Origin: Deltaproteobacteria bacterium | GTDB taxonomy: Bacteria; Desulfobacterota; Binatia; UBA12015 | NCBI GenBank assembly: GCA_046583355.1 | Contig: JAYGCM010000068.1 | Coordinates: 1 to 22,983 of the forward strand | Direction: 5' to 3' | DNA length: 22,983 nt | Part shown: piece by piece, positions 17,850-22,983 of the stretch | Position numbering within the stretch: the first letter of the stretch is position 1 | Layout: every line of letters begins with the position of its first letter | Program-made: the position numbers and the translations under genes | Notes under the pieces: model-generated | What the model was told of the DNA's origin: nothing | Database searches by the model: none | What the model saw: the letters and a program-made list of their open reading frames with translations, nothing else

Positions 17850-19265
17850 ATGCACCCTGCCGCAAATCATATCCCGCACGCCCGCAACGCCAGCTACCCC
17901 CTGCGTGAGGGCAACCTGCTGATTCCGCTGATCGACGGGCCGGCCGCTTTCGGGCGCATCGCCGAGGCCGTCGAGGCAGCGGAGCATTCGGTCTGGGTCA
18001 CACTCGCCTTCCATGAACGCGAGTTCCGCTTTCCCGGCGGCCGCGGTTCCTTGATTGACCTGCTCGACACCGCAGCAAAGCGCGGCGTCGATGTACGCGG
18101 GCTCTTCTGGCGCGAACCCAACCTCGAAGATCTGGTCGCCGACTCCGAGATTTTCTCCGGCACCCGCGAAGAGCACGAAGCATTGCATGCCCGCGATTTC
18201 CGGGGCCAGATCCGCTGGGACCACCTGCCCGATTTCTGCCACCACCAGAAAAGCTGGGTGATCGACGCGGGCCGGAGCAGCGAGACCGCATTTGTCGGGG
18301 GCATCAACCTCGACCGCGGATCACTCTCCGCGCCCGGCCATGCCATCCGTGGAGCAGACGAAACCGATATCTCGGGCCGCTACGCCGAGATCCACGACCT
18401 CTATAGCGAATTGCGCGGCCCGGCCGTCACCGACGTCGTGCATAATTTCACGCAACGCTGGAACGAAGCGAGCGAGCGCAGCAAAGACGATGGTGCTTTC
18501 CCCGATGCCGATGCCGTCGATGATCTGCCGCGGCCAAGCGAAACCTCTGGCGCCGCAGGCGATATGGCCGTGCAAATCACCCGCACGATCATGCCCGGCA
18601 TCCTGGCCGACACGACGCCCTCGCCGGGCGCCGCAAGCTTTGCCATTGCCGAGGGCGAGTCCAGCGTGCGCGAGCAGGTATTGGCCGCGGTCGCTTCGGC
18701 ACGGCGCACGATTCATATCGAGAACCAGATTTTCCTCTCCAAGGCGTTGCTCGGTGGACTGCGAGACGCCCTCGCGCGCGGCGTGCGGGTCATCGCCCTG
18801 GTGCCACGCATCCCTATGCAGGAACTGATCGATTACCGTCGCCGCGCACCCGAGAGCGTGGCCCCGATCTTCGACCTGCTCGAGGAATGCGGCCACTCCG
18901 AGCTTTTCACCTTCGCTGCCTTGGCAAAGAAAAACGCGCAAGGCCGCCTGGTGGATATCTACATCCACGCCAAAATCATGCTGGTCGACGATGTCTGGGG
19001 CACCATCGGCTCAACCAATTTCATGAGCCGCTCGTTTTTCCAGGAGACCGAGTTGAACGCCTCTTTCTGGTGCCCGGAGACCGTCCGCCGGCTCCGCGAA
19101 GATCTCTTCAACGAGCACCTGGAGGGGGCCGCAGCCGGACTTGACGAAGTCGCCGCGTTCGACCGCTTCCACGAACTCGCCGCAGCCAACCAACCGCGCT
19201 TCGCCGCCGGCGACAACCTCCAGGGCCTCGCCCACGCACTCGCGCCCGAAGATTATTGTAAATAG
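17850..19265 (+). CDS. Phospholipase D family protein (two HKD motifs, soluble PLD/cardiolipin-synthase-like)
   Basis: LIDGPAAF, HHQKSWVID...AFVGGIN, HD...LRGPAV, IHIENQ and YIHAKIMLVDD...IGSTN...ETELN. No TM helix or signal peptide. Confidence 0.9.
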   Translation: MHPAANHIPHARNASYPLREGNLLIPLIDGPAAFGRIAEAVEAAEHSVWVTLAFHEREFRFPGGRGSLIDLLDTAAKRGVDVRGLFWREPNLEDLVADSEIFSGTREEHEALHARDFRGQIRWDHLPDFCHHQKSWVIDAGRSSETAFVGGINLDRGSLSAPGHAIRGADETDISGRYAEIHDLYSELRGPAVTDVVHNFTQRWNEASERSKDDGAFPDADAVDDLPRPSETSGAAGDMAVQITRTIMPGILADTTPSPGAASFAIAEGESSVREQVLAAVASARRTIHIENQIFLSKALLGGLRDALARGVRVIALVPRIPMQELIDYRRRAPESVAPIFDLLEECGHSELFTFAALAKKNAQGRLVDIYIHAKIMLVDDVWGTIGSTNFMSRSFFQETELNASFWCPETVRRLREDLFNEHLEGAAAGLDEVAAFDRFHELAAANQPRFAAGDNLQGLAHALAPEDYCK

Positions 19266-19318
19266 AGCGAGATCTGACGCACTCGTCCGTGCCGGAGATC
19301 CGGCCGAAAAACGCAGCC

Positions 19319-21421
19319 CTACTCCAGATAGCCAAGCATCTGTAGGCGGGAGCGGGTCGGCGCGTCGAGAGTCACTACCGGACGCTCGCCGGCTGCGTGG
19401 TCACGGCGGCGCAACTCCTGGCGCGCCCAGCCGACCAGAAATGGATGGTCGGCCGCGACATCGCGTTTCTCGCGCGGGTCGCGGGCAGCGTCATAGACCG
19501 CAAAGCGCGTACCCGTACTACGGCCACGTTGGCGGACCACCTTGCGCTCGCCAACCACGAAACCGGCCATTTCCGGACGGTGCAGCCTGGTCTCGGCAAA
19601 GGATTTCCTCGCGGTCGCGCGTAGGAGCGACTCGCCCTCTACACCCGCCGGTATCGGTCGGCCGACCAACTCCAGCAGCGTCGGTAAAAGGTCGATCTGC
19701 CGAGCGATTCCCGGCTCGCGACGGCCCGGGGCTCCAATTCCCGGACCGTGCAGGATAAGCGGAATCCGCAACTCTTCGGCGAAAAGCGAGCGGCCGTGAC
19801 CGACCGCATGATGCTCACCGAAAGCCTCGCCGTGATCCGAGGTGAGCACGATCAGCGTCTCGCCCGCAACACCATGCGCCGCGAGCGCCGCACGCAGATC
19901 GAAAATCGCCCGGTCCACCGTTGCCACCTCGGCATCATAGAGAGTGGCGAGCCAGGCGAGGTCGTCCGGGCGGCGCCGCGATAGGTCGCGCGCAAGCACG
20001 GCTTGCGGATCTTCCTCGTCGCGCAGGGCCGCGGAGCTCTCGCCTTGGACGAACGCCGCCGCAGCATCTGCCGCAGGCGTGTAGGGCGCGTGCGGTTCGC
20101 TCAGGTGCAGATAGAGAAAGAAGGGCCGTTCGCCAACCTCATCGAGAAATAGATCGGCCCGTGCAAGGACGGCCGCGGCAGCAACGTAGCGCCCCGCCCG
20201 AGACTTCTCCTCGGGCAGGTAGATAAACTCGTCGAAGCCGCGATCAAACCCCAATTCACCGCGCGTATTCACGTTCGTCGTGATACCGGCAGTACGCAGG
20301 CCGGCCGCGCGAAGTTCTTCGGCCAACGCGGGAACCTCGGCACGAATCGGCGTACCGAGTTTGCGCGCGCCATGTGTGGTCGGCTCGGTGCCCGTGAGAA
20401 TCGAAGCGGTGGCGGGTGTCGTCCACGCCGATTGCGCCAATGCTCTCTCGAAAAGTAGCCCCTCGCGAGCGAGTGCATCCATATTCGGCGTAAGCCCGCG
20501 CGGGTCGCCATAGACACCCAGCCGGTCGGCACGCAGAGTATCGATTACGACAAGCACGATATTCTTCGGAGCGACGGGCCGCTCGGTATCCGTCGTCCCC
20601 ATCGGCACATGCCGCTCGGCAGCCGCGACGAGCAGCGACGCTCGGCAGACGCGCGCTTCCCCGCCCACGGCGGTCAACTCGATTGTGCCAAACTCCCCGC
20701 GCAGCGCCGCGAGGTCGATGCGCGGGCTCGCGCTCGCCCGGAGCGAGGTTTCGATCCGGCCGCCCGCCTCGCCGCGCAGGCGCACCCGCACCTCACCGGC
20801 GCAGACCGCAAGATCAAGCACGGAAGTCCGCACCAGCGGAACGAAAAAACGCGCACTCAAGCCGGCGGGCAGCCGCAACTGGCGCGGCGCGAAGGCCATC
20901 GTGACCGCCCGTGTCGGCTTTTGCCCAGGTGTCTCGATCGCCAACCGGCGGCAGAGCAATGCACCCTCGCTGGTCGCCTCGACCGCCGCGGGGTTTTTCA
21001 ACTCGACCAGATTAGCCCCGTCGCGCAGCGCGCTGGCGCGTAGCGTGAGGTGCAAAGGGGATGTCGCCGGGCCGATCCGTGCGATCGCGACACGCCGGCC
21101 GTTGAGCGAAATGCCGACCCGCCGCCCGGACTCCGGCGCGTCCGGCGCAACACAATCGACCACCAACTCGCGTGGCCCCGTGCCGAAATGAGAGAGATAG
21201 AGGGAAGTGCGCCGCGCCACCGCACGCCCGCCCGCCTCGACCGCCGCCGGCCGCCAGCCCGCACCAAGCGAAGCCGCGCCCACCTGTGTCCCCGGCTGAA
21301 CACCGGCCACACGCGCGGCTTCCGTATACGGGAAGAGCGCGAGCAGATCGGTCGTATCGGCTTTGGCAGGACCGGGAAGCGACGCCAGGAGAAGAGCGAG
21401 GAGCGCCGCTGCGAGTGTCAA
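19319..21421 (-). CDS. Exported sulfatase-like hydrolase (alkaline phosphatase superfamily) with a long N-terminal extension
   Basis: Signal peptide, KNIVLVVIDTLRADRLG, TPNMD, WTTPATASILTG, PFFLYLHLSEPHAPY, YDAEV, TSDHGE, IPLIL, QIDLLPTLL and C-terminal LQMLGYLE. TTG start 8 nt after the upstream stop. Confidence 0.87.
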   Translation of the reverse strand: MTLAAALLALLLASLPGPAKADTTDLLALFPYTEAARVAGVQPGTQVGAASLGAGWRPAAVEAGGRAVARRTSLYLSHFGTGPRELVVDCVAPDAPESGRRVGISLNGRRVAIARIGPATSPLHLTLRASALRDGANLVELKNPAAVEATSEGALLCRRLAIETPGQKPTRAVTMAFAPRQLRLPAGLSARFFVPLVRTSVLDLAVCAGEVRVRLRGEAGGRIETSLRASASPRIDLAALRGEFGTIELTAVGGEARVCRASLLVAAAERHVPMGTTDTERPVAPKNIVLVVIDTLRADRLGVYGDPRGLTPNMDALAREGLLFERALAQSAWTTPATASILTGTEPTTHGARKLGTPIRAEVPALAEELRAAGLRTAGITTNVNTRGELGFDRGFDEFIYLPEEKSRAGRYVAAAAVLARADLFLDEVGERPFFLYLHLSEPHAPYTPAADAAAAFVQGESSAALRDEEDPQAVLARDLSRRRPDDLAWLATLYDAEVATVDRAIFDLRAALAAHGVAGETLIVLTSDHGEAFGEHHAVGHGRSLFAEELRIPLILHGPGIGAPGRREPGIARQIDLLPTLLELVGRPIPAGVEGESLLRATARKSFAETRLHRPEMAGFVVGERKVVRQRGRSTGTRFAVYDAARDPREKRDVAADHPFLVGWARQELRRRDHAAGERPVVTLDAPTRSRLQMLGYLE

Positions 21422-21429
21422 GGCATTGC

Positions 21430-22548
21430 CTACTTTGCGCCGCCGAAGAGGTCGGTGAAGCCCGAGGGAAGATGCGGGCCGATGGCTATCTGCTCCAGAA
21501 CACCGATGCCCTTCTCGCCGTTCATGGTCGCGCGCATCACCTGTTGGATATGCAGATTCTCAAGCGCCAGCGGGTCCATATCGGCGGTGCGCCACGACTC
21601 TCCGGCAATCGCGAGCTCGCCCTTCCAGCGCCCATGACTCCACTCGGGGTGCTGATAGCCGATGCCCTTCATGCGAAAGAGCAGCAACGGCTCCAGGACG
21701 ATCTCGTTGCGCGTACCATCGTCCTGCACCAGGACGATCTCGGCGCGCTTTGCCTGGCGCGTTCCGGGAACATATTCGACCCGGTTCTCGGTGGTACGGA
21801 TACGCTCCATGCCGGGATCTTCGATGCCCGGAATATCGCCGGGCGAGTCATAGGCCGGCACGATCGCGCCATCGGTATGCCAAGGCATCCCCGCCTCGTC
21901 CTCGAAACGACCGAAATGAGTGCAGCGATCCTTCCAATGCACAGGCGCCCAGAGGAAAAAGAACCCCGGAATCTCCTGCGCCGGTGCCGGGCCGGGGTCC
22001 GGTGCACCGACCGGCCGGATGCCCCAGGACCGGTCCTTGGTACCGGGGCAGCCGTCGACCTTGAGCGTCTTGCCACCGTAGCGGACCTCGCCACTCCAGC
22101 GGCCGAATTGCGCAAAGCGGGTCGCGTCCATCATCAGACGCCCGTTCACACGGCGGGTCTGGCGCCCCTCTTCGACACACGCCGTGCGCGCCGTGAACAT
22201 CAGGTCCGCCGATATCCCGGTTTCGTTGTCGTCAATCAGAAGACGGATCTTGCGCATCGGCTCGAGAATCTCGAGGCGGAAGGGACCGCATTGGGTCTCG
22301 CTCGGATCGAGCGGCGCGCGCCGCGAACCATGGAAAGCATGCTGCTCTCCATCAATCACAATACTGAAAGCGCAATCAAGAATTCCGAGGTTCGGATAGA
22401 GCCCCATCCCGATGCCGAAATAGAACTCGCCCTCCTCGCCATAGCCGTTGAACCAATAGCGGTCGTAAGCGTTGCGGTCGGCCGTCGCCTTCACGGCGAT
22501 CGGCTCGGGGGTCTGGTGGATGGCGAAATCATCGAAACGGCTGAGCAT
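21430..22548 (-). CDS. Conserved hypothetical protein, probable AttH/tocopherol-cyclase-like beta-barrel fold
   Basis: Strong RBS GGAGG before ATG 22548. Motifs DDFAIHQTPEP, DRNAYDRYWFNG, ILEPMRKIRL, RFAQFGRWSG and KDRSWGIRP. The fold assignment is an inference from the DRSWG motif. Confidence 0.7.
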   Translation of the reverse strand: MLSRFDDFAIHQTPEPIAVKATADRNAYDRYWFNGYGEEGEFYFGIGMGLYPNLGILDCAFSIVIDGEQHAFHGSRRAPLDPSETQCGPFRLEILEPMRKIRLLIDDNETGISADLMFTARTACVEEGRQTRRVNGRLMMDATRFAQFGRWSGEVRYGGKTLKVDGCPGTKDRSWGIRPVGAPDPGPAPAQEIPGFFFLWAPVHWKDRCTHFGRFEDEAGMPWHTDGAIVPAYDSPGDIPGIEDPGMERIRTTENRVEYVPGTRQAKRAEIVLVQDDGTRNEIVLEPLLLFRMKGIGYQHPEWSHGRWKGELAIAGESWRTADMDPLALENLHIQQVMRATMNGEKGIGVLEQIAIGPHLPSGFTDLFGGAK

Positions 22549-22658
22549 ATCTTTTCCTCCTGGCGCATGAGCGCACACCATTGCATCGCCTCTCGCGGCG
22601 AAGCGTGCAAGCGGCCGACTTTTTCGGGAAGGCTGCGCGAAGCGGCAGCGCCACAGAC

Positions 22659-22694
22659 AAAAAAAGGGGCGCACCCGAAGGTGCGCCCCTTTTT
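22659..22694 (-). terminator. Intrinsic terminator (potentially bidirectional)
   Basis: Minus strand reads GGGGCGCACC-TTCG-GGTGCGCCCC-TTTTTTT: perfect 10-bp stem, C(UUCG)G tetraloop, 7-U tail. The plus strand has a 5-T tail. Located 33 nt after the stop at 22728. Confidence 0.93.
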
Positions 22695-22727
22695 GCGATC
22701 GACCCTGCCGCGAACACGCGGCCGGGT

Positions 22728-22983
22728 TCAGTCTGCCTTCTTCTCTTCGGCAGCAGGCGCGGCCTCAGCGACAGGCGCGGCCTCAGCGACAGGCGCGGCC
22801 TCAGCGACAGGCGCGGCCTCAGCGACAGGCGCGGCCTCAGCAGCAGGCGCGGCCTCAGCAGCAGGTGCGGCCTCAGCAGCAGGTGCGGCCTCGGCAGCAG
22901 GTGCGGCCTCAGCAGCAGGCGCGGCCGCGGCAGCAGGCGCGGCCTCAGCAGCAGGTGCGGCCTCAGCAGCAGGTGCGGCCTCA
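22728..22983 (-). CDS. Partial CDS: Ala/Glu/Pro-rich low-complexity C-terminal tail ((EAAP[A/V]A)n-EEKKAD*); rest of gene outside the window
   Basis: Open frame from 22982 to TGA at 22730-22728, followed by a strong terminator. Absent from the ORF track because its start is outside the window. Confidence 0.75.
   Translation of the reverse strand, partial: EAAPAAEAAPAAEAAPAAAAAPAAEAAPAAEAAPAAEAAPAAEAAPAAEAAPVAEAAPVAEAAPVAEAAPVAEAAPAAEEKKAD
22750..22983. repeat. Tandem repeat, 13 x 18 bp, running to the window end
   Basis: Unit GCAGCAGGYGCGGCCTCA. Copies 2-5 (22768-22839) are the identical variant GCGACAGGCGCGGCCTCA. Confidence 0.97.

Noticed and set aside
17850..19265. PLD as an anti-phage nuclease forming a defence island with the TA genes
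   Set aside because: The two-HKD lipid-PLD architecture, with no helicase or methylase partners, about 5 kb from the TA locus and separated by housekeeping genes, does not fit.
22750..22983. Tandem repeat as a CRISPR array, or as a plus-strand SAAGAA-repeat gene
   Set aside because: No spacers and a unit length divisible by 3. The minus frame has a sensible stop followed by a correctly oriented terminator.

Overview
GC-rich bacterial DNA, densely coding. The 'CGDG..EECDDGN..GDCCS..C' Cys-rich tail suggests a Binatota/Myxococcota-like organism (inference only). In order: a 5'-open type-B carboxylesterase, a PhnY-like 2-aminoethylphosphonate dioxygenase with no phnZ nearby, a PA-domain M28-fold protein with a non-canonical metal site, a secreted GH2 with lectin-like and Cys-rich C-terminal modules, a second PhyH dioxygenase, a GPP34/GOLPH3 protein, an SDR, an HCCA-isomerase/DsbA-family protein and aroB. 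A toxin-antitoxin patch follows: a decayed vapBC relic not in the ORF track, then an intact RHH antitoxin/MazF pair with a palindromic operator. After it come ilvD, a crotonase, an RlmD-type methyltransferase, a thioesterase-like gene divergent from a phospholipase D, a Thr-type sulfatase-like gene with an upstream conserved hypothetical gene, a strong terminator, and the 3' end of a gene made of 13 x 18-bp (EAAPAA) repeats. No RNA genes, CRISPR arrays, transposases or integrases were seen. I cannot support a clear multi-gene novel system. The best leads are the orphan phnY, the layered TA locus, the remodelled M28 and the GH2 architecture. Family calls come from motif recognition, not database searches.
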